The notes beneath the pieces were generated by a model. It did no database searches. It was not told where the DNA came from and worked only from the letters and a program-made list of their open reading frames with translations. A stretch of DNA of 63,932 nucleotides, taken from positions 134,275 to 198,206 of the forward strand of contig NW_008246115.1 of NCBI RefSeq assembly GCF_000281045.1. Reading direction: 5' to 3'. The translations under genes were made by a program, and so were the position numbers. Positions 1 to 9,955 of this stretch are shown here, piece by piece; position 1 is the first letter of the stretch, and every line of letters begins with the position of its first letter. This DNA is from Saprolegnia diclina VS20 (lineage: Eukaryota).

Positions 1-9
1 ATGGCGTAG

Positions 10-706
10 GTGCTACGCCCCCCAACTGGCAAGTCGGTGGTTGCCGCGGCAACGCGACGCATCCGGAGCCTGGTTCGTGGGAGCATAAGGTGACCAACAA
101 CATTTGCGACTCGTTCCCGATGTACATGTCGGTCGACTACATTCGCGTCTGGTGCGTTGATCCAGTATTCCATTCTGTATCTTACAGAGTCTATTTTTCT
201 GTAGGCAAGACACCAAGACGATGAGCGTCGGCTGCGACCCCGCCTCGCATCCATCTAAGGAGTTTATCAAGGCGCACATCACCAACTACACGGATCCTCG
301 CAACCCGTATATCATTGTGGCGGGAGGCGCGACCTGCAACACCGATGACGACTGCACGTCGGCCGCCAGTATCACGGGCTCGTGCATCAAGCGCCGCTGC
401 AAGTGCATGGGCGTCTGGACTGGCCCCCGCTGCACCAAGTACGACCTCGAAGAGTCGACGTACGGCCCGCCGATGATCGCGATGGCGGGCATCTTCGGGG
501 CTGCCTTCCTCGGTCTTGGTTTTTCGACTTTGGTCCGCAGCCGACGAAACTCAGTTCTGCTCCTGCAGCACGAACATGAGCTCCGCGCCGAGAAAGAGCG
601 AAGCCACTCGGTGGACCCTCTGCCTCCCCAAGCCATGACGTCGGAGGTCAGTATCATTATGGGCGACCCCCCGAAGGTTGCCCACGACCACGGACCGTCC
701 CCGTAG
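10..706 (+). CDS. 3' end of a KRE6/SKN1-like beta-glucan synthesis-associated protein (GH16-type) with C-terminal EGF-like and TM segments; 5' part lies outside the window
   Basis: Exon ~10-151 reads GATPPNW...FPMYMSVDYIRVW; GT-AG intron 152-204; next exon QDTKTMSVGCDPASHPSKEFI. The VDYIRVWQ...SVGCDP..HP motif is the SKN1/KRE6 C-terminus, followed by CKCMGVWTGPRC and a hydrophobic helix. Confidence 0.8.
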
Positions 707-1586
707 CGGTAGTATAAATGGCATTGCGTTCTTTTTGACTTTGAGTTGTATCGCAGTTCATTCGCAGTCGGCAACTACAAGACGTGCTTGCCTTTGCTCC
801 AGAATTGCAGTGATCATATGCGATTCGCAAAACGTCCGAGAAACGCAGGCACACCTACCCCGAGTCATCTTGGTGGCACTACCAGGAGCCCTCTCGACGC
901 CAACGCAATGAGATACGAGACCACCAGGATGGACTACGAATGCTAGCGACATCAGTCGACAAATGCTTCTGCGCACACCTTGGATGATGCCACATCACCC
1001 AAGCTTGCCGACGCCGTCTCTATGCATGTGCATCTGAATTCGCCGCGTCGGGAACAATCTCCATATCAGGATCATGCTCTTGCGTGCTTCGTCAACACCC
1101 TGTTATCTGTTGATGCATTCTGCACTCGCGTCTTTGCATCTAAAAGCGATGCTACCGGAGCTACATGCCTACCAGGGATAGGGTGATGAGCGTGTCCTCT
1201 TCTGTGCTATGCACCAGCGTTGCACCCAAGGCGAGAAGACGCGATGGCGACGAACGACACCATTTGGATACTGCCGAAGTAGACAGAGACGGAGAAACCG
1301 TTGCCAGCCTTTCCTTGATACCCTTCCACCAGCGCCGACTACGCTCCCTGCACCAAGTCAACGACAAGCACTTTGTGACAAATGTACATATTGTCGTTCT
1401 AAATTACTGCGCGCCTTGCCCCGCGCCATCATCTGCTGGCCTCTGCCGTTGCCACTTTGGCTTCGACGAAGTTTCGCCACATTGCACCGACTGTGACAGC
1501 CATCGAGCTTACAAAAACCCTGTGGATTGCTATGAGCTTCGAACTTCGATCTATTTCCAAGCCTTTTTGACATTGGAACGTGCGCG

Positions 1587-2702
1587 ATGGTCGACGGAGG
1601 AGCCGCCGAGTATGTGCCCAAGACGCCGCCGCTGCGCCTGCGCCCAAAGCTCGGGACGAGCAAGAAGAAGCTCAGCCGAGTACCCCAGGACCAAGTCGCT
1701 CACATGGCACGCAAGTACGCTGGCGACAACCAGGCCGACGACACGCCTGGCCCCGACGCGACCCCGAAGCGCCTCTTGTACGCGCTCGCCGCCGCCAAGA
1801 TCCAGCGCGCGTGGCGTAGCCATGCGGCCAAGGCGCTGCGCGTGCGTCTCCAGGGGCAGATTGGGCGGCCCGCGCAGCTGCAGATCCACGGCCTCGACAC
1901 GTCGGCCAAGTGGCTGCGCATGGGGCTCATCTGCCTCATTACAGTGCTGCGCCGCCCGTATGGCCCGCGCATGTACACGTACAAGACCGAGGTCTCGCGC
2001 GAGGCCAAGATCGTGCACGCGCCTTTCTTTGTCCCGATCATGTCGAGCAACTACGATGTGATTGTGACGGTCGCCGCCGAGGGCTCCAAGGTGCAGAACC
2101 CCATCTTCCTCGGGCAGGCCGTGCTTTCAGTGGCCGACGACTGGGCGCAACCCGCCAACTTCCGCGCGACGTACGTGCCGTTTGGGACGTACCGCATTCC
2201 GATCGACGCGCCATTGCAGCAGACCGAGCGCACGGTCGAAGGCCGCGTCGAGCTGAGCCTCGTGCCTTTGAACCCGTCCATGTCGTCGTTCGCGGGCCAG
2301 ATGTTTATGCGCCCGTCCGTGCTCTCCAAGACGCTCGCAGCGGTCCGCCACCGCGTCGGGAAGCTATATATGCGCAGCGGCATGTCGTACGAGAGCTCGC
2401 TCGCGTGGTGCAAGGACGCCGACCACGCCGAGTGGGGCGTCTTGACGGAGACGCATCTCTCGCTGTATCACCCCGGCGGGCTCACGCCGTACAAGATGTT
2501 TGACTTGCGCCGCATCCAGCTCGTCCGCGACAAGAACGCCAAGCTCGACACGGCGGGTATGATGCACTTCAAGACGACGCGCTGGCCGCTCCAAATCTAC
2601 CACGACGGCACTCTGCATACGTTCTACATCAACTCCAAGTACGAAAAGACGCAGTGGATCAACCGCATCGACGGCAATCGAAGGAAATTGCTCGTCCCGT
2701 GA
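1587..2702 (+). CDS. IQ-motif / C2-like / PH-like domain protein (371 aa, single exon)
   Basis: Codon-biased ORF; AAAKIQRAWRSH (IQ); FLGQAVLSV...VEGRVELSL (C2-like); C-terminal WGVLTETHLSLY...FYINSKYEKTQWINRI (PH-like terminal Trp helix). Confidence 0.65.
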   Translation: MVDGGAAEYVPKTPPLRLRPKLGTSKKKLSRVPQDQVAHMARKYAGDNQADDTPGPDATPKRLLYALAAAKIQRAWRSHAAKALRVRLQGQIGRPAQLQIHGLDTSAKWLRMGLICLITVLRRPYGPRMYTYKTEVSREAKIVHAPFFVPIMSSNYDVIVTVAAEGSKVQNPIFLGQAVLSVADDWAQPANFRATYVPFGTYRIPIDAPLQQTERTVEGRVELSLVPLNPSMSSFAGQMFMRPSVLSKTLAAVRHRVGKLYMRSGMSYESSLAWCKDADHAEWGVLTETHLSLYHPGGLTPYKMFDLRRIQLVRDKNAKLDTAGMMHFKTTRWPLQIYHDGTLHTFYINSKYEKTQWINRIDGNRRKLLVP

Positions 2703-3300
2703 CCTCTCCGCCCTCTTTGTCTGCTTGTGTGCGTGTGTCTTGTCTAATACGGTGGTTGTTTCGAGTGGACTCCCATTACTTTTTTCAACTGTTTTGATGC
2801 ATATTCTCCTGTGGCTGCCCATTTTGTGCGATATTTTGTGGGTTATGAACCCAGTGGCATACTAATACGACGCTACAGCCTAATACCGGAATCACAACCA
2901 GAAAGACTCGCCAAATTCGAACCCGGCTCTACTTGGTGGCTGGCCAGTGTCGAGCGCTACGAGGCGAAGTCGGGAACTACACTTCTTGACTGGACCCGTC
3001 AACGGTCCTCCGCTTAGCATTGATTTCCGTGAGCGTGGTAACCCTAGCCCTAGTACACTCTTTGACACTGAAATTTGGCTCAATGTGAGCCAAGGGAATA
3101 ATACACTGGTTATTCTCTTGATGGGAGCGCACGTATGGCGGCCATGATGATGATACTACGGCTTCCGCGCTATAATTGTGACGGCCTCCGAGAGGAACGT
3201 GCTGACATGGAAGAGAACGGGGCGAGGTTGATAGAACGATAGTCGAGTGGCGTCAACGAGCAACAAATCGTTAGATTTCCTGCGGAGTGTACAGTGTAAG

Positions 3301-4224
3301 CTACTGAAAGCCTTTCCAGCCATGTCGTTTGGCGACCTCGAGCCGGTGGTCCCAGTCTTTGCAGCAGTACCGATCGACGCACGGGTTGCCCTCCAGACAC
3401 GAGCACGACTCGGTCTTCTCCTTGAGAAGGCCGTTGGATGGCGGCGCCTCGGCCCGCTTGTTCGCCGCCGCTTTTGCATACGCGTCTTGGCGCTCTTCGT
3501 AGGCCGCGCGCTCGGCCGCGTCTTCTTCGATATGGACCCAGACGACGTCGCCATCGAGCAGATCGTGGTAGACGCCTGGCGGGTCTTCGCGCAGCATCGG
3601 TCGCTCGCTCTCGCCGTTTGCTTCATACCCAAAGTCCGATGGGCCGTAGCGACTGAGGTGCAATGCGGCCTTGGGAAACACTGACAAAAGAAAGTACTGT
3701 GCGTCGATCACAGCGGTGGTCACGCTGCCGTTCATGATCGCAAATTCCTTCTTGTAGTGGTTGTAGCGCACGACGATAGAGCCGTTGCGTCGCGGGTCCA
3801 ATACTGGCAACACTGGCTCCGGTACAGTTGCACGAACGATGGCTGCGGGGACAGCAGTCGGTGGGACGGTGGCTAGTGGACTCGACGTTGTGGGCGTCGT
3901 GGCAGCGCTCGACGACGTTGGCTTGCTTCGATTTAGCCGTGGTTGCTTTGTCGACTTGGCCGCCTTGGTCGGCGTGAGAGCAGGTAGCGTCGGCTCCGAA
4001 GGTACCGACGTGCCTCTGTAGCTACCTGGCGGGAGGTTGGCGCCTCTGGGACAAATGCATCCACGCTTGCCTAGAGTCACCGCGTGAAAAGCGAGAGGGT
4101 GGGACCTGGGACCAACCTTGGCATCGTTTGAGGCTACACGCCATATCGGTTTCAGAAGCCGCACTGGAGAGGCGTCCACTGGTTGATGCACACCGGCTTG
4201 GAGTGCGCCCCGTCTTGTGCTCAT
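3301..4224 (-). CDS. Hypothetical protein with a Pro/Thr-rich linker and a C-terminal Cys cluster
   Basis: 307-aa ORF; the C-terminal half is strongly protein-like and ends SCSCLEGNPCVDRYCCKDWDHRLEVAKRHGWKGFQ. True start uncertain. Confidence 0.65.
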   Translation of the reverse strand: MSTRRGALQAGVHQPVDASPVRLLKPIWRVASNDAKVGPRSHPLAFHAVTLGKRGCICPRGANLPPGSYRGTSVPSEPTLPALTPTKAAKSTKQPRLNRSKPTSSSAATTPTTSSPLATVPPTAVPAAIVRATVPEPVLPVLDPRRNGSIVVRYNHYKKEFAIMNGSVTTAVIDAQYFLLSVFPKAALHLSRYGPSDFGYEANGESERPMLREDPPGVYHDLLDGDVVWVHIEEDAAERAAYEERQDAYAKAAANKRAEAPPSNGLLKEKTESCSCLEGNPCVDRYCCKDWDHRLEVAKRHGWKGFQ

Positions 4225-4378
4225 GCTGGAAAGCTTATGCTCCGAGGGGACGTCGGACGCGTTCTATAGCCTTTGGCTCTAAGAACCTGATGGAAGCGCA
4301 GGACGAGTCATGCCGAAACACATGTTTTGGGTGACATGCTACTGTCAACACTATTCTATTACGGTGGTGTGGTTGCTT

Positions 4379-6554
4379 TCAGTAGCACTGGATTCGGTCG
4401 CACCACGCGAGAGCGTTCAGGTCTTGCTGGCCAATGCACTCGTAGCGCGCATCAAGAAGTATGTGGTCGTCGAGTTCTTCCAGATCGAGTTTTCCGAGCG
4501 GATGATGCAGCACCTGTCGCGTCGTGGCGTGGCGGTAGGTGAAGACGATCGGACAGCGCCACTGCCACAAGAGAAGCCACTCGATCGGGTCGGTCATCCA
4601 CATAATGTTCATGAGCATCCGCGCTTCGTCAATGTTGTCGTCGTCATCTTGGGGAAGGGTGAGCTGCGTGCTCACGGTTCGGCCAAGCGTCCGATCGAGA
4701 AAGAGTGACCGCCACGACGTACTAAACATCGAGAGGTTGCAGTGGGCGAGCGCAATGTACGGCACTGACGACGTCGCGTGGACCGAGCGCACGCGCCCGA
4801 GTCGCAAAGCGCTTCGGACAAGAAACAGCGCAATGAGCAAGTTTTTGGCGTCGGTGAACAGGCCGCTAAAGCGCACATCACAGGGAATCGAACCCGCGTG
4901 CTTGGCGGCTTGGGCGCTACTCGGTAACACGGGTGCGGCCGCAAGGATCTCGGTACTGCGCAGCGCGTTCCAGCGCACGTCAAAGATGGCCGACACAAAC
5001 GACACGAGCGGCAACAAGTAGCCGCGGAGACCGACGAGGTGGCGCGACCACCTCGATGCGTGCGATCCATGGTGGCGGAGGTAAAAGTACGCCTTGGCGA
5101 GCAGGTTGAGGACCCATACGTTGCGCATGTGGCAAGTAAGGAGCGTCGAGAGGCCATATAAATTCGACAAGCTCGTGTTGATCGCGCCATCGAGCGCGAC
5201 AAAGCTCTTGGAAATGTACAGATAGAGCAGCGTCGCGTCGGTGGCGTGCGCAAAAACGAAGAGACTCACTGGAAACCAACTGCCGTAGATGACCACTTGA
5301 CCAGGAATGCGAAAGAAGAGGCCGAGCGCTGCGAGCCATCGCGAATCCGAGACAGGGTGGCGGCGCGTCGCCGCGTAGCAGCCGCCAAAAAGCGCCAACA
5401 CGCGGACGACATTGTACACTTGGCCCACAAGTCGAAGCAGTTGCACGAGCTTGTAGTAGTAAACGACATTCGAGTCGAGCATGCCGCCCTCGTACCGGTA
5501 GTCGACGAGCTCGACCGTGCGGCAGCTCGATGGGTTGGTGCAGTTTTGCACCCGGAGGAGCGAGACTACGTCCCACGTGAACGAGTCGACGTGCGTGAGA
5601 CTACCCCGCCAGCGCTGCACGTCCATGGTCGAGTCGATGACGACAACGTCCATGCGCTGCGAGTTGAGGTCCATCGTACGTTGGCGCGCTTGCATCCGCG
5701 CCTGAATGTGCGCGCTGATGACACTCACCTTCTTGTAGCCTACAGCAATACGAACGTATTTAGCTTGCTGCCGTAGGAGTAGAGAATGACGCACCAAACG
5801 TGCCGAGGTTGGACCACGGCTCGTTGCAGAACTGGAGGCGATGCCCCGAGTGCGGCTTGCAGAGGTCAACCGGCGTGTCCAAGGTCTGCGTCTGCGTCGA
5901 CCGGTAGTGGACGTGCTGGAGCGGCCCAAAATCTGCAAAGTCGTCCAGGTTGTCGCGAAATGCGGTGATTGTGCGGCACGCGGTGGGCGACGGCGCCAGC
6001 GCGTCCATCGTGCTGTCCAGCATGCGCCACACGGATGCGACGCTGAGCGTCAAGTTGGGACACGTCGACTGGTACAGCAAGCACGGGTCCCTCACCAGAT
6101 AGTAGACACTTAGCATTCGCATCAAGTGTGCGTGGTCAGAATACCATCCCGAAATGTTGTGGACGGCGACGAGCCCGCGGAGACCGATCGAGGTCGTATC
6201 AAACTTGTAGCTCCACACTAGCGCCCTCGAGGTGGGCCCGGACGACGCGAGACCTGCAAGCGAGCCTATAAAGCGCGTGATGGAGAGCGTAGAGAGCTAT
6301 TGGTGCAAACCGTTGTCTTGCCGCGAGATGTTGAGCACCAGGTACGCGTACGGGCCAAAGTACGAGGCCGAGTCGGGTGCGTGGCGACTGTAGGTACTTG
6401 GGAAGGACGCAAACCCATACCCGCTCCGCGGCACGTCTGTGAAGAAGAGCGTGTACGAGATGAGCGTTAAAAGCAGGCGCCGCCAGCTCAGCCGCGACGT
6501 TGTCAGCGGCGGCGGCGGCGGTGGGTCATTATCCGCCGGGCAAATCCGCGGCAT
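4379..6554 (-). CDS. Multi-pass transmembrane hypothetical protein (oomycete-type), multi-exon
   Basis: ORF pieces 6297-6554, 5760-6218 and 4379-5938 join through short GT-AG introns; N-terminal hydrophobic segment, Cys-containing luminal region, several C-terminal TM helices. Confidence 0.7.
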
Positions 6555-7153
6555 TCGTTTCTGACGTGGCTACCGTTTCGCGCCAAATCGTTATGCGACT
6601 AAACAGCATCAAGTATAAACTAGCCCAAGAGCTCCGATGCGCTGCCAAGAGAATGTAAATACTTGGCTGTCGATCCTTGGACTACGTAGCCGACGCAGTG
6701 GTGGGCTACACCACGACCTGGCGGCAATGCGAGATGGATCCGAGCTACACCTGCTGTGGCACTGGCAAGACCTCCTATTATGGTACTAGTACCGAAGGCT
6801 AGAGCCGTCTGCGCTTGGTTGTACTTGCGGCGAGGGGGACCGGTCCACCCAGGCGCTCCACGTCATTCGTTGCCTTCAACCCGTGCGGATGGTTATCCGG
6901 ATCTTCGATGACCATCGGTGACGCGGTGGCTTCGGCAACACGCGATGGCATCGAGGACTTTGCCGCGTGGACTCTGTCGCCGCTCGTGCGTGCGTCTTGC
7001 ACGCTATGCAGCGTCGCTGCCAGTCTTGTCAAGGTCTCTAGTAGAAGCGCACATTGCGATGATTCTTGTCTGGTCAAATGGGGTGTTTCCAGCCATACCG
7101 AAGTTCGAAGATGGTGGCCGTCGCAGTAACTCCACACTGCGGAATCTTGGCCA

Positions 7154-8658
7154 ATGGCACCGACCAAGGAGACGACGGGCCCAACCAAGGTCGTCGCCAT
7201 CGACGCGTATGCACCGGTCATGCCCGTGGGGCGGCCGCGGTCAGCCAGCTGGTCCTCGGACAATCCATCCACGGTACGCCGGTGGCCATGACGACGGGCG
7301 AGCCTCATAGACGACGCTAGGCCATCGTGTACATGCTGGCATGGTACACCTTTTCGACAAGCGCGACGTTCATCAACAAGATCTTGATCAAGGAGCATGG
7401 CCTCTCGGCCGAGGCGCTTACCGTGTGCCATCTCGCGCTCGGCACGTGCTTTGACGGTACGCCGAATCGCTCGGCTTTGGTGTGACATTGGGCGCTAGCG
7501 GCCATCTTTGCCGTCCCGCCCACGTCGCGCTACAAGGTGTGGTATCTTCGCCCGATGAAGTTGGACCAGTACGCTTACATTTCGAGATCGAGATCGATGC
7601 GCCTGCCATCTTGAGCTCATTCATCATGGCTTCTAGTGTGCTCTCGATGCTGCCACTCAGCATGATGGCGATCGCGGCCAAGATCTTGACGTACTGGAGC
7701 TACTCCAAGGTGCCTGTCGCGCTCACCCACACGTGCAAGGTACCTCTACGACGCCACGCAGGAGGCAACGACGAAAGCGACTTAGGCGTCGACGCCGCTC
7801 TTCAACGTCGTCCTCGCCTACCTCGTGTACCGCACGACGCATGCGCTGCCCATCTACCTCTCGTTGCTACCGATTGTTGTCGGCGTCTCGCTCGCGTCCA
7901 TGTCTGAAGTCCAGATCAACGTACGCATAACGTCCTTGTCCTCCATAGAGCGATGCTGACAAGCCCGTAGGAATTTGCAACCGTGGGCCTTCTCTGCGCC
8001 GTCTCGTCGTCCATGTTCGGAGTCATGCAGGTACTCCGCAAGACGATCACCATCAGCATCCGTGCGACGATGACCTGTAGAGCATGTATGCCAAGTACCT
8101 TCTTCGCAGCGGCATCGTCGCCGACAGCATCAACGTGCGTCTCTTCTGCCCTCTCCTTTCTTCGTCCTTATAGAGGCTTGCATCAACTTATGTAGCTTCA
8201 TTTCTACAATGGCATGCTCTGCATCGCAGTCAACATGCCGATGCTGCTTTGGAACAGCGCCGAGAAGACCATGTTTCCGACCTCGTACGTCCATGGCGCC
8301 TGCGCAATCCGCTTCCTCATGGCGACGCGTGCTGCGTAGGGTTCCGTACGGCTTGATCTTGTGCTGCAGTACATGCCAGTTCATTTCGAGCTTTGCCGCC
8401 TCCTTGGTACCTCACGCGTCCTGCGTGTGGATGCTGACCTTGTACTAGCTGCTCGGCAAGGTCTCGGAGCTCACGTACTCGATCATGAGCACGATGAAGC
8501 GGGTCGTGATCGTGCTGAGTGCGATTCTCTACTTTGGGAATGCGATCCGGCTCGTCTCGGTGTTTGGGATGGCGTTGGCGCTCGGTGGCGTCGCCACGTA
8601 CCAATACGTCAAGATCCAAGCGGCCCACCCCAAGGCCGATGCGATGCACGAGCTCTAG
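7154..8658 (+). CDS. Triose-phosphate translocator / SLC35E-family (DMT) transporter, multi-exon
   Basis: Spliced product contains AWYTFSTSATFINK, SYSKVPVALTHTCKASTPLFNV, YLSLLPIVVGVSLAS and VSELTYSIMSTMKRVVIVLSAILYFGN, all TPT-family motifs. ATG 7154, first intron 7274-7320, stop 8656-8658. Confidence 0.88.
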
Positions 8659-8746
8659 AGGGAAAGCTCTGTAGTATTAAAGATGACACGGGCTACGACC
8701 TAGCTAGTAGAAGAAGTTGAAGATGCAGAAATATACACACGCCGGC

Positions 8747-9532
8747 TTAGACGTCGACGCCGTTGCGCGCCGCTTGGTTGGCCTGCTGCGTCGACGTCGC
8801 CTGCTGCGCTGCGGTGCCGTCGGCGGCCGCGGGCTGCATGCCCTGGAGCTGCTGCTGGTAGTGCTGCATCATCTGAAGCTGCTGTGGCGGCCACATGGCC
8901 GGGTTGCCGCCCGCCTGCGACTGCATGAATTGGTGCAGCATGGCTGCTTGCTGCTGCTGCAACTGCTGCTGGTACACCATTTGCGGGTCCATCGCGCCTT
9001 CCTACTTGATAGCGTGAGCAACCTGATATGGCGCAGGACGTAGGTACCTTCTTGCCCGGGAGCTTGATGTCTTCGCGGGGCACAATGTCGATGAGAAAGT
9101 CAAACGTGTCCGTCTTGGTGATGGCCATGGCAATATCGTTGCGCTGCAGCGTCCGGCGCTTGTTCTCTTCCGTGTGGATCCATGCCCGCAGGCTCAGCTC
9201 CAAGATGAACATCTCGCAGGCCTTGGCAAAGAGCACGGGCGCCTCGGCGCTGATCATCTACGTGCGGCCTGAGCGACCATGCAACAGCGATAAGATAGAG
9301 GACGTACGCGAACGTCTTCATCGGACTTCATGATCTTCTTGATACGCGCCAGCGGCAACTGATGCGTCTTGAAGTCCTGGACCTCCGGGTCGATCTGCGA
9401 GATCTCGTGGATCTGCGACTGCCAGAACGCGTGGAGCTGCATCTGCTGCTGCTGGAGCTGCTGCTGCTGCATCTGGAGCTGCTGGAGCTGCAGGTTGGGG
9501 TTCTGCTCTTCGCCTAGTTCCTCACGCTGCAT
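8747..9532 (-). CDS. NFYC: Nuclear transcription factor Y subunit C (CCAAT-binding, HAP5-like)
   Basis: Histone-fold signature [38 protein letters not shown]...[25 protein letters not shown]; Gln-rich N- and C-terminal tracts; two coding introns. Confidence 0.95.
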
Positions 9533-9643
9533 GCCTAGTACAAGTACGTCGTTAGTTAGTTGCTGCGCCGGCGCCGCCTGCCCACCTGAACTTCGTCCCG
9601 TGCGTTTTTTGAACTAAAACGCGAATACAAAGTTTCATATTAG

Positions 9644-9655
9644 CCAATAGCCAAT
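9644..9655. promoter_or_regulatory. Tandem CCAAT boxes upstream of NF-YC
   Basis: TAGCCAATAGCCAAT, about 110 bp upstream of the NF-YC ATG. Confidence 0.45.
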
Positions 9656-9955
9656 AATTACACGCCCTTGGCCGAAATCCTCCTTTCGACACCTTTTGAC
9701 GCCTCTTCCGACACCTTCTGACGCGTTTGAATTGCAAACAACCGGATACGGTTCCCTTATCCGGAAATTGATTTGAACTCGGCGCCAAAAGCGCAGACGC
9801 GGAACACCTGGCTCGATCCAGCAAGAAGCAAGTCGGAGCGAGGAACACAATTGCTATTTGTACCTGTCCATAACCCCCGAAGAATACTCTGAGTACGGCT
9901 TAATAACAGTTCAAGAGCCAAGCAAGCATGCTATAATTTAGAGGGATACACACGT

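Noticed and set aside
6799..7130. Possible small minus-strand gene upstream of the TPT gene
   Set aside because: The ORF-track start overlaps TPT exons and I see no independent start or homology.
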